Part shown: positions 15,843 through 23,014 of the stretch, piece after piece
Numbering within the stretch: the first letter of the stretch is position 1
Layout: the number at the start of each line of letters is the position of its first letter
Source: Nitrososphaera viennensis EN76
GTDB lineage: Archaea; Thermoproteota; Nitrososphaeria; Nitrososphaerales; Nitrososphaeraceae
Direction: 5' to 3'
Assembly: GCF_000698785.1 (NCBI RefSeq)
Contig: NZ_CP007536.1
Location: 2,340,001 to 2,372,000, forward strand
DNA length: 32,000 bases
Program-made: the position numbers and the translations under genes
Notes under the pieces: generated by a model
What the model saw: only the letters and a program-made list of their open reading frames with translations
What the model was told of the DNA's origin: nothing
Databases searched by the model: none

Positions 15843-16140
15843 ACGCAGCAATCTCGCTTATTTTTTGCGCAAGAATGACATCGTAGTTGCTCACCTTGTT
15901 GCCGATGTCGTGCGTCACAAGGGCGATGGTGACGTGGTTGTAGACGTTTGACCACTCTGGATGGTGGTTCAACTTGTCCGCCTCTATTGCCACGTGGGTC
16001 ATGAACGCAAACGCCTCTGCAAAGTCGCCAAACTCAAACGACCTGTGCAGCTTGCCTTCGGCTATTTTCCAGCCGGGCATTTTTTCAAGCGCCTTGTCAA
16101 GCTCCTGCTTTGAAAGCTCGCGATAGTCTTCGTCATGCAT
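15823..16140 (-). CDS. Pterin-4-alpha-carbinolamine dehydratase (PCD/DCoH family)
   Basis: The 105-aa ORF carries the motifs GWKIAEGKLHRSFEFGDFAEAFAFMTHVAIEADKLNHHPEWSNVYNHV. It overlaps the permease 3' end by 20 nt in convergent orientation. Confidence 0.85.
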   Translation of the reverse strand: MHDEDYRELSKQELDKALEKMPGWKIAEGKLHRSFEFGDFAEAFAFMTHVAIEADKLNHHPEWSNVYNHVTIALVTHDIGNKVSNYDVILAQKISEIAASSRRAG

Positions 16141-16180
16141 GCAAAGTCTTTCGGAGGCGCGCCTAATACGTCTTGCCTAG

Positions 16181-16205
16181 CAAAAACAACAACAAAAAAA
16201 GAAAA
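16181..16205 (-). terminator. T-rich tract downstream of the 463-aa secreted protein gene
   Basis: The minus strand reads cttttctttttttgttgttgtttttg, starting 11 nt after the stop at 16216. Confidence 0.35.
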
Positions 16206-16215
16206 GCGGGAGGAG

Positions 16216-17607
16216 CTAGACCCTCAGGCCAAAGCCCCGCAGCCTGCCGTACACTACTGCGCCTGCCACGCCAAGCGACGCGACGAGGGCTGCCACCGGG
16301 AACTCGGGCACCACCTGTATGCTGGACTGGACCGACTCGCTCGTGGCGTTTATCTTTTCGACCCTGACCGTGAAGGAGCCCTGCTTGTCAAAGGCGACGT
16401 CCTGCGAGGAGATGCCTTCCGGCGTCGTCACGCCTCCGCTCCTTGACACTTCCTTTCCGTCGGCATCCTGGATCACAAGCTCGTACGTCGCCGCAGACGC
16501 CGGCTTGCCGTCCTTGCCGGTTATCTTGACCCCAAAAGGCACGGGCTGCTGCGGGAATATCGACTCTGGCATCGTCAGGCTGACGGCATAGCTTGAAGAC
16601 TCGCTCTGGACCTGCATCACTTTTACCTCGCTTTCAGGGTCCGGCGGGCTCAGGGCAAACACCGCCTGGTCAGGCGACCTGTTTTCCGCGTTTATCTTGT
16701 CCCTGAGGCTGAGCAAATGCTGCTTTGAGATGGTAAAGTGCACCACCGTGTTCTCCGCGCCAAAGTTGTCCACGAACACCGGCACGTCAAGGCCGTTTAC
16801 GGTCCCCTTGAGCGATTCCCTGTCAAAGTCGGACAGCGCCTTTGGTATGAACACTTCGGTGTGCAGCATGCCCGTCCTGTTCGCTATCTCTGACTTCCAG
16901 TCGTAGGGCATGGAAAACTGGATGGTCTTGGTCTGCTCGTCGTAGCTTGACTTGTCTATTGCGCCGTAATAGTTCCTGATCTTGACCTGCTGGGTAGAGC
17001 CGCCAGCAGCTGGAACGCTGACTGTCTCCTCCCTGCCCGGCGTCACCCAGACGTCGTACTGCAGGATAGGCTCTACCTGCGTCCTCGTGGTCCCGACAGT
17101 GTGTATCTCTACAAAGAGGTTGTAGAGCCCTGCCTGGGTAAAGACCGGGCCTTCGACCACGATGGGCTGGCCGTTGTTCCAGATTCCCCCGTACTGCACC
17201 TCTGAAATGCCCTTTGCCTGCGCAGCCGGCATGTCCTTCGGGACAATCTTTATCCGCAGGTTGCCGCCTGGATCGTAGAACAGGCCCTGGCCGCCATAAG
17301 CGTCGCCGCCTTCGGTCTGGATCGGTATCTCTTTTCCGTCCTTTTTGAAGAATATCCTGTACGTGACTTCCTTGAAATTCTCGTTGCTGTTTTCGTCAAA
17401 GAACCTTGCCGTAATGAACACGGGCTCGGTCGTGGAGGTGATCACCGGCGGGTCAAGCTTTAGGAAAAGGCTCGCCTTCTTGCCTCCAAAGTCGGCAGCC
17501 GGCGGCTGCATGCCCCCGTGCGCAAAAGCACTCGGGATGAGCGGTACGCCTACGAGCACCGTCGCAAAAAACACCATCGCAAAAATCGCTACAGCCTTGC
17601 TTTTCAT
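16216..17607 (-). CDS. Large secreted protein with a PEF(P)-CTERM-type sorting signal
   Basis: It has a signal peptide (MKSKAVAIFAMVFFATVLVGVPLIPSAFAHG). The C-terminus is VVPEFPVAALVASLGVAGAVVYGRLRG, giving the motif, a TM helix and a basic cluster. The body is rich in beta-strand-like sequence. Confidence 0.8.
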   Translation of the reverse strand: MKSKAVAIFAMVFFATVLVGVPLIPSAFAHGGMQPPAADFGGKKASLFLKLDPPVITSTTEPVFITARFFDENSNENFKEVTYRIFFKKDGKEIPIQTEGGDAYGGQGLFYDPGGNLRIKIVPKDMPAAQAKGISEVQYGGIWNNGQPIVVEGPVFTQAGLYNLFVEIHTVGTTRTQVEPILQYDVWVTPGREETVSVPAAGGSTQQVKIRNYYGAIDKSSYDEQTKTIQFSMPYDWKSEIANRTGMLHTEVFIPKALSDFDRESLKGTVNGLDVPVFVDNFGAENTVVHFTISKQHLLSLRDKINAENRSPDQAVFALSPPDPESEVKVMQVQSESSSYAVSLTMPESIFPQQPVPFGVKITGKDGKPASAATYELVIQDADGKEVSRSGGVTTPEGISSQDVAFDKQGSFTVRVEKINATSESVQSSIQVVPEFPVAALVASLGVAGAVVYGRLRGFGLRV

Positions 17608-17851
17608 TCGGGAGAAAAATCTGCCTTTGTAGTATATAATCCTAATTTAAGCCGCCTGGGGCGACTGCGAAATCCGCCATTGCGCACACACATACTTGCC
17701 TTAATATCAACCAACAGGACTGACCTGTAATATTCGCTGGAAGAAGGGTTCCCGACCAGAGACATTCAGGTAAAATCATAATACCCTGACGCGCCAACAT
17801 GAATCATGCGAAATATCGCATAGGCATAGATGAATGGTAATAATCGATCTA

Positions 17852-18010
17852 ATGCCGTATTTCATAGCATTTCTCGCAATCTTGCTTATACCTGCGTCTG
17901 TTATAGGCTATTTCAACAAGACTTGGCGAATACGGCGTGCTGTGATAATTGTAACGCCATGCCTGATTGCTTTAGGTTACATAGTCATTTTTGGCATACC
18001 ACGCCTTTAA
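17852..18010 (+). CDS. Possible small two-TM membrane protein (52 aa); below the ORF-track length cutoff
   Basis: My own translation gives MPYFIAFLAILLIPASVIGYFNKTWRIRRAVIIVTPCLIALGYIVIFGIPRL. It has two hydrophobic helices separated by a basic loop. I recognise no homology. Confidence 0.3.
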   Translation: MPYFIAFLAILLIPASVIGYFNKTWRIRRAVIIVTPCLIALGYIVIFGIPRL

Positions 18011-18046
18011 CCTAATATACGGCAGTGCGAGCACCAAGACGTTTGC

Positions 18047-18056
18047 AATTTATAGG
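18047..18056 (+). promoter_or_regulatory. TATA box (aatttatagg) of tRNA-Val
   Basis: It is centred about 29 nt upstream of tRNA position 1 (18081). Confidence 0.5.
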
Positions 18057-18080
18057 GCGGTCAAACCTTGCAAGAACAGC

Positions 18081-18155
18081 GGGCGGCTGGTCTAGCTCGG
18101 TTATGATACCGCTCTTACACAGCGGTGGTCGGGTGTTCAAATCACCCGCCGCCCA
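18081..18155 (+). tRNA. tRNA-Val (anticodon UAC)
   Basis: I folded it by hand. The acceptor stem is GGGCGGC/GCCGCCC and the anticodon stem is CCGCT/AGCGG. The anticodon loop CTTACAC gives U33, anticodon TAC and A37. The T arm is GGGTG-TTCAAAT-CACCC and the discriminator is A. CCA is not encoded. Confidence 0.92.
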
Positions 18156-18220
18156 TTCTGTCCTGCCATTTTTGCCATAATACATGCGACTTTGCAAAGT
18201 CATGAACTAAAGTAGCAGTT

Positions 18221-18248
18221 ATAGGTTCGAATCCCATCTCCTCCTCCA
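18221..18248 (+). other. Orphan tRNA 3'-half-like remnant (T arm + acceptor 3' strand + CCA)
   Basis: ATAGG-TTCGAAT-CCCAT has one A:C mismatch in the T stem. It is followed by CTCCTCC, T and CCA. No complementary GGAGGAG 5' acceptor strand occurs in the preceding ~600 nt. Confidence 0.55.
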
Positions 18249-18279
18249 CCATCTAAAAAATCCAGAGTGAAAAACACAC

Positions 18280-18723
18280 ATGGGCACAACAGCAGTAATC
18301 CGCGGCGCAGGCAGAATAGCAAAGGCAATCGCAGGTTTCCAGTCAAACATCAAAAAGGACTGGTGCGCCTGCGTTGACTCGTCCATCCCCGCGTTTTCCA
18401 TGAGCGACGGGATAAAACAGGGCTACATCTCTGCAAAAAAGCGGGGCGTGAGGATCCGGTACGTCACCGAGATAACAGCCGAGAACCTTGAGCACTGCAA
18501 AGAGCTGATGACGTTTGTCGAGCTGCGGCACCTCGCCGGCGTGCGGGGCAGCTTTGCTGTCAGCGAGACCGAGTTTGTCGCCGGCATCCGGGGCAAAAAG
18601 GCGCTGGCAAAGCTTGTCCGCAGCAACGTGAAAGAAGTGGTCGCGCACCAGCGCGATGCCTTTGAAACTTTGTGGGAAAACGCGACTCCCGCAAAACGCA
18701 GGATAAAAGAGCTTGAAAGCTGA
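18280..18723 (+). CDS. TrmB-like regulator C-terminal-type domain protein with no HTH encoded
   Basis: The 147-aa ORF includes CVDSSIPAFSM...AKKRGVRIRYVTEITAENLEHCKELMTFVELRHLAGVRGSFAVSETEF...VKEVVAHQRDAFETLWENATPAKRRIKELE. From memory this resembles an archaeal regulator family annotated as TrmB-like. Only 125 nt lie upstream, holding the tRNA remnant, so a DNA-binding domain is absent. Confidence 0.6.
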   Translation: MGTTAVIRGAGRIAKAIAGFQSNIKKDWCACVDSSIPAFSMSDGIKQGYISAKKRGVRIRYVTEITAENLEHCKELMTFVELRHLAGVRGSFAVSETEFVAGIRGKKALAKLVRSNVKEVVAHQRDAFETLWENATPAKRRIKELES

Positions 18724-18972
18724 AATAAAACAACTGCAAACGCGCGCATACCTCCTTGCCTGCCGGGTGTCAAAAGGAAGCGAGGCGGCGCCCTTGCGTG
18801 CTCTGGCAGCATATCTACAAGCTGTAGCCAGGCGGCCCTTATGCATGAAGTAAATTTTTCATGATGTCCATATTAATAATATGGAAATTTGTAATTAGAA
18901 ATATGATCATGTATTATATCTGTAAAAAGCAACAGTTAGTTCAAATTTATATTTTCGTACGTGGGATAGTAC

Positions 18973-19248
18973 ATGATCAGAATGGGAACAGTTGCTTTGC
19001 ACCTTGGCAACGGAAGGGGAGAAGAAGAAGGCTTGCCAAGCGTCATTGTAAAGTGCCCTGTATGCGCAGGGTCAGGCTCTATTCAATGCATCAAAAACAA
19101 CCGCGTCAATCCCTTCTGCCTGTCGCTTCCCCTCGCGACTGAGGAGAGGTGCAACTGCTGCGACGGGCGCGGATGGGTTAGAAAAGAACAGCAGGAATGC
19201 AGTTCCTTCTGCCGCTGCGCCAAGGAGGAGGGAGTAAGTGCAAAATGA
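18973..19248 (+). CDS. Small Cys-rich protein with two DnaJ-type CxxCxGxG zinc-finger motifs
   Basis: It has CPVCAGSG and CNCCDGRG motifs plus additional Cys residues. A TATA-like aaatttatatttt is centred about 24 nt upstream of the ATG. Its stop overlaps the next start (ATGA at 19245-19248). Confidence 0.6.
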   Translation: MIRMGTVALHLGNGRGEEEGLPSVIVKCPVCAGSGSIQCIKNNRVNPFCLSLPLATEERCNCCDGRGWVRKEQQECSSFCRCAKEEGVSAK

Positions 19249-20081
19249 ATTCAAGGATGATAGCCGCGATCTTCATAATTGCGGGGCTTGTGGCAGTGGT
19301 CTATGTCTTTTCCATCGTTCCATACCTGTTTGGCTCCGCAAGGCCGGCCTCGGTGCTGCCTGTCATGCAGATCCTTATCCCTGCCCTGGCTTTTCCGCTC
19401 ATAGCGGTTCTCGTGTTTCTCGTGCCCAGGCGGCGGGTTGCAGCTCAGGCGGCGGTACCTGAACACAAGGTTCGTGACGAGGCAGAATACCGGCACAGGA
19501 TCAGGTCCCTGTGGTCTGGTACTGCCGCAGGCTTTTTTGCAGCGGCGATACTCGTGAGCCTGATAATCGGGGGCGACGCGCTGCTCGGGCTTCCCCTTGG
19601 CACCTTTTATTCCATAATCGGCATCGCGATGGGCGGCCTTGACGTTTCTACTGCGATATTCTTTGGCGCTGTCCTGCATTTGATGATGGGGACCCTGATA
19701 GGCGCGGTGTTTGGCTACCTCACGGCTGTGGTGGGGCCCTTCAACATAACCGGCATGGCAAAGGGGACGGGAGTCGGCATCCTGGCGGGCTTTATCGCGT
19801 TCTCTGTGCTCTTTGTCCCGCTGACCCGGTTTGAAGTGGAACCTTCGCTCGTGAGGATTCTTGCAGGCATTTATCCGCCCGGCACTTCTGCAGACGTCCT
19901 CCAGAACAAGGCCGTCGACCTAATGTCGTCGGTTCTTGCAGGCTCTATCCTCCTGCACGTGGTTTACGGCGCCATCCTAGGCTCGATCACCGCGCTCCTT
20001 CTTGGATTCCCCGAGGGCGAAAAAAAGGAGAAGGAAGACTACAAAACCGACGCCCCTAATCATCGCCTGACAAAGACGTAG
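19245..20081 (+). CDS. Polytopic membrane protein (about 7 TM, Gly-rich helices), hypothetical
   Basis: I chose the start at Met17 of the listed ORF because of the ATGA overlap with the upstream gene, and aaggaggaggg lies upstream. It has multiple long hydrophobic segments. Confidence 0.7.
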   Translation: MNSRMIAAIFIIAGLVAVVYVFSIVPYLFGSARPASVLPVMQILIPALAFPLIAVLVFLVPRRRVAAQAAVPEHKVRDEAEYRHRIRSLWSGTAAGFFAAAILVSLIIGGDALLGLPLGTFYSIIGIAMGGLDVSTAIFFGAVLHLMMGTLIGAVFGYLTAVVGPFNITGMAKGTGVGILAGFIAFSVLFVPLTRFEVEPSLVRILAGIYPPGTSADVLQNKAVDLMSSVLAGSILLHVVYGAILGSITALLLGFPEGEKKEKEDYKTDAPNHRLTKT

Positions 20082-20327
20082 AGCTGAAATAACGCGCGCG
20101 CGTGCCTGTACTTAACAACACAGACACATGCCTGTAATCTAGAAAGCCAAAATCCTTGGATCTCTATGGGAATAGTGGTAATTGCAAAAGCTACTAAAAA
20201 TTGGTGGGGAAACATCAAACTATTCTTATTGGCACATTACAAGGTAATCTCTCTATTTTCTCTACGATGTTTATGACTGATCCGTTAGAGGAAATTATTA
20301 GTCTCAGCCTTGCATAACAAATACAGG

Positions 20328-20447
20328 ATGGACAAGGAACGTAGTAACAAAGATGAACCGGTGACAATCATTGTTACTCGGACGGCCAAAAGAGGCAAAA
20401 TTAGAGAATTTGAAGAATGGCTGGACGGCTCAAAGACCCTCCTCTAA
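20328..20447 (+). pseudogene. 39-codon remnant resembling the N-terminus of an ABM (antibiotic biosynthesis monooxygenase-like) domain protein
   Basis: My own translation gives MDKERSNKDEPVTIIVTRTAKRGKIREFEEWLDGSKTLL*. The VTxxVxRxxKxGxxxEFEEWL pattern is typical of ABM/DUF-type N-termini. It is truncated and overlaps the next ORF. Confidence 0.3.
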
Positions 20448-21440
20448 GAGAGATCGCAATAGGTCACACCACAATAGCTCTTTCGTACAAGGACGGAAAA
20501 TTTGGAGCAATATCGAACATATGTAATCACGTAGGCGGACCTTTGGGTCGCGGACGATTCGATGGTGACTATGTTGTATGCCCATGGCATAACTGGAAGT
20601 TTCACAGAATGACTGGATTTGGTGAGCCAGGTTTCGAAGATGATCGTGTACCACAATATGAGCTCAAGATAGAGAATGGGAATCTCTACATCAACTTCCA
20701 ACCGGTTACGGAAAGAAACAAGCTTCAGCATGCTCCACACCGTCTATCTAGGCCGGTAAAGCGCGAGGAGGGGCCTATCAGGGTTGTTGGCATATCTACA
20801 ACTGCCACGGACTCAAAAAATCCCAGATATTCCACATCTGACAAGCTGCTCGAAATTGCAATAGAACATGCAAGGACAGTTCTAGGAGCACAGACCATTC
20901 TTATTCGGTTGAATGACCTGAAATTTCGAAATTGCGAGGGGTATTACTCCAAGGCTGCCAGGGCATGCACCTGGCCCTGCTCTATTACCCAGATGGACAA
21001 AACTGACGAGCTTGATCGCGTTTACGAAGCATTGGTGCACTGGGGAGACGTTATCATAGTTTCAACCCAGATTAGATGGGGTGCTGCCAGCTCATTGTAT
21101 TACAAGATGGCGGAAAGGATGAATTGCATTCAAAATCAAATCACGATTAGCGACAGGGTTCTGATCCAGAATAAGGTTGCGTCATTTATCTAACCGGAGG
21201 ACAGGATAACATACAGGATGTTGCAGGCCACATGCTCGGATTCTTTGCAGAGCTCGGCTTCGTGTTCCGCCGTTTCCATATATTGCTCATTCCAGAGGAT
21301 GGTCTGCTGAGGACATGGAGGACAACATTGCATACGTGGAAAGGACGACGGATCTGCATGACGGGGCAAAAGACCTTGTGAGACGATGCATAGAAATGGC
21401 AGAATTAATTCTAGGAAAGAAACTATCTGAGGAAAAATAG
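20417..21440 (+). pseudogene. Rieske [2Fe-2S] domain fused to an NADPH-dependent FMN reductase / iron-sulfur-flavoprotein-like domain, disrupted by two 1-nt frameshifts
   Basis: Frame 1 (20417-21193) carries the Rieske motifs CNHVGGPL and CPWHNWKF, then the flavodoxin-like IRVVGISTT...VIIVSTQIRWG, and ends ...VASFI*. Translation continues in a second frame from 21193 (TGGQDNIQDVAGHMLGFFAELGFVF). It continues in a third frame from 21267 (PPFPYIAHSRGWSAEDMEDNIAYVERTTDLHDGAKDLVRRCIEMAELILGKKLSEEK*). Confidence 0.7.
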
Positions 21441-21874
21441 TCCGCCCGGGAAGGAAGGCACAAGCATTGCATATCGAGCAACGAGATAATAATGCAGGCC
21501 AATAGCTCTGGGAATAATGTAAACTGCGGTGCAATGACAGGCAAATCAACAGACCGGGAAAAATACCTGTTGCCACATTCCATAGAATGTCCCACGTAAC
21601 TTGTCCTTTTATCTCGACAAAAAAGTGATGAACAAAGAGATGTTTGGCTCGAGAATCATTGAATTCAAAGAAAATGGACACAGTTTATCGCTGACTAGTG
21701 CTTTTTGTTTTCTCTAACACCTCTTTTGCCCCTGTAATTAGTGAGGCCTATGTCCGCAGCAGTAGATTTGATACATTTCCTTTCCATGGCATAGTCACCT
21801 TTACTCTGGTGTCTTTCAATGTTCTGAAACACTGCTGTATATCTCGGCTACCTCCAAGGTTAATGAATAATACA

Positions 21875-22198
21875 CTAACCAGTGTCAATCGAGATTTCCA
21901 GAGTTTTTTCATCGATAATGACGGGATATGAATGCAGATTGGTGACCCAATCCGTATCAAGAGAGGCTTTTGCTGTGCGTATATCAAATATTCCCTGATG
22001 CCAGGGGCAAACCAGGTTGTAATCTTCTTCTAAAATTCCTTCTTCCAGCGGGCCTCCTTCGTGCGAACATACCGAATCCATGGCATAGAACTTGTCCTTT
22101 ATTTTTGTCAATACAATTGATTTGCCGTTGACATCGACTTTCACGAGTTTGCCCTCTTGCACATCATCCTTCTTTAAAGAAATTTTCGAGACGGTCAC
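21875..22198 (-). CDS. Rieske-type [2Fe-2S] ferredoxin
   Basis: The 107-aa ORF has a GTG start and the motifs CSHEGGPL and CPWHQGIF, about 19 residues apart. This layout matches small oxygenase-associated Rieske ferredoxins. Confidence 0.8.
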   Translation of the reverse strand: MTVSKISLKKDDVQEGKLVKVDVNGKSIVLTKIKDKFYAMDSVCSHEGGPLEEGILEEDYNLVCPWHQGIFDIRTAKASLDTDWVTNLHSYPVIIDEKTLEISIDTG

Positions 22199-22260
22199 GT
22201 CTAAAATATCACTTCTTGGCTAATAAAAGATTCCTGGATGGACATTCAATCTTGCAGCAT

Positions 22261-22449
22261 TTGACAAAAAGATATCACGATAACCTGAGCCAAGGTAGGA
22301 CGGTGGAGCAAAAGCGCGAGCTTGTAAAGGTGCTGACAAAAGAAACTGCGCGCATATTGAACGCAAAGGAAGACGCGGTGCGCGTCCTCATCTACGAGGT
22401 GTCAAAGGAGAACTGGGGCAACGCCGGCGTGCTTGGACTTGATATGTGA
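22261..22449 (+). CDS. 4-oxalocrotonate tautomerase family protein; N-terminus suspect
   Basis: The family core is GRTVEQKRELVKVLTKETARILNAKEDAVRVLIYEVSKENWGNAGVL. A 62-aa product from the in-frame TTG at 22261 fits the family size, and the listed ORF starts at 22216. The first strand appears frame-disturbed; see findings. Confidence 0.65.
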   Translation: MTKRYHDNLSQGRTVEQKRELVKVLTKETARILNAKEDAVRVLIYEVSKENWGNAGVLGLDM

Positions 22450-22455
22450 CTGTGG

Positions 22456-22980
22456 CTATTTTTTGCGCCTGTCAAGTACAACGACAACTACGCCTGCTAT
22501 CATTGCCATAATGCCTGCGATGACTGTTCCGACGCCTGCGATGACTCCGCTGAACATCTCTGTGTTAACGTTGTCCTGGCCCACGCCCGGTATGTAGCCG
22601 AGCACGATGTCTATTGACGTGTCCGTGCCGCCGTTGTTTGTGACAGTCAGCCTGTGGCTGCCTGCCTGCGCGGGCACCGTCCCTTCTGCCAGCGTCTCGC
22701 TAAACTCTTTGCTCAGGACCTCGCTTCCGTCCGGCCCGGCAAGGACTGCCGTCATGGGGACGGAATTTCTCGCCGAGACCACCACCGAAAGCGTCCTTTC
22801 TGGGTCTGCGACATTGAACTCGGCAGACGCGGACCTGCCTGCGGCAAGCGACACTTCCTGCAATATCGTCGTGTCTTTTTGCAGCTGCTCTGCTATCGGG
22901 AGCGCCCATACCACGGTCAGCGCGATGCCTATCGCAAAGAGCGCCGCGCCGCCTATCAGGACATAGTAGCCGCGTTTCAA
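22456..22980 (-). CDS. Hypothetical protein with N- and C-terminal TM helices
   Basis: The 174-aa ORF has the TM segments YYVLIGGAALFAIGIALTVVWAL and GVIAGVGTVIAGIMAMIAGVVVVVL, followed by RRKK. The extracytoplasmic middle is beta-rich. Confidence 0.6.
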   Translation of the reverse strand: MKRGYYVLIGGAALFAIGIALTVVWALPIAEQLQKDTTILQEVSLAAGRSASAEFNVADPERTLSVVVSARNSVPMTAVLAGPDGSEVLSKEFSETLAEGTVPAQAGSHRLTVTNNGGTDTSIDIVLGYIPGVGQDNVNTEMFSGVIAGVGTVIAGIMAMIAGVVVVVLDRRKK

Positions 22981-23014
22981 CGATTGTGTTATGTATGTCT
23001 GTGATCCTTTGTTA

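Noticed and set aside
18012-18203. 63-aa minus-strand ORF overlapping tRNA-Val, and the 60-aa ORF 18219..18401 overlapping the tRNA remnant.
   Set aside because: They are read through structured RNA gene sequence and have no protein-like features. The tRNA fold explains the sequence conservation.
18156-18250. The idea that the tRNA-like 3' half belongs to a complete intron-containing or split tRNA gene spanning the tRNA-Val downstream region.
   Set aside because: No sequence complementary to the acceptor strand CTCCTCC (that is, GGAGGAG, even allowing G:U pairs) and no D-arm or anticodon-arm candidates occur in the ~600 nt upstream. The T stem carries a mismatch. I kept it as a remnant, but a trans-split partner outside the window cannot be excluded.
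21190-21681. 163-aa minus-strand ORF in the AT-rich tract.
   Set aside because: It is antisense to the frameshifted flavoprotein segments, which show clear family-typical sequence on the + strand. It is Cys/Phe/Leu-rich with no motifs.
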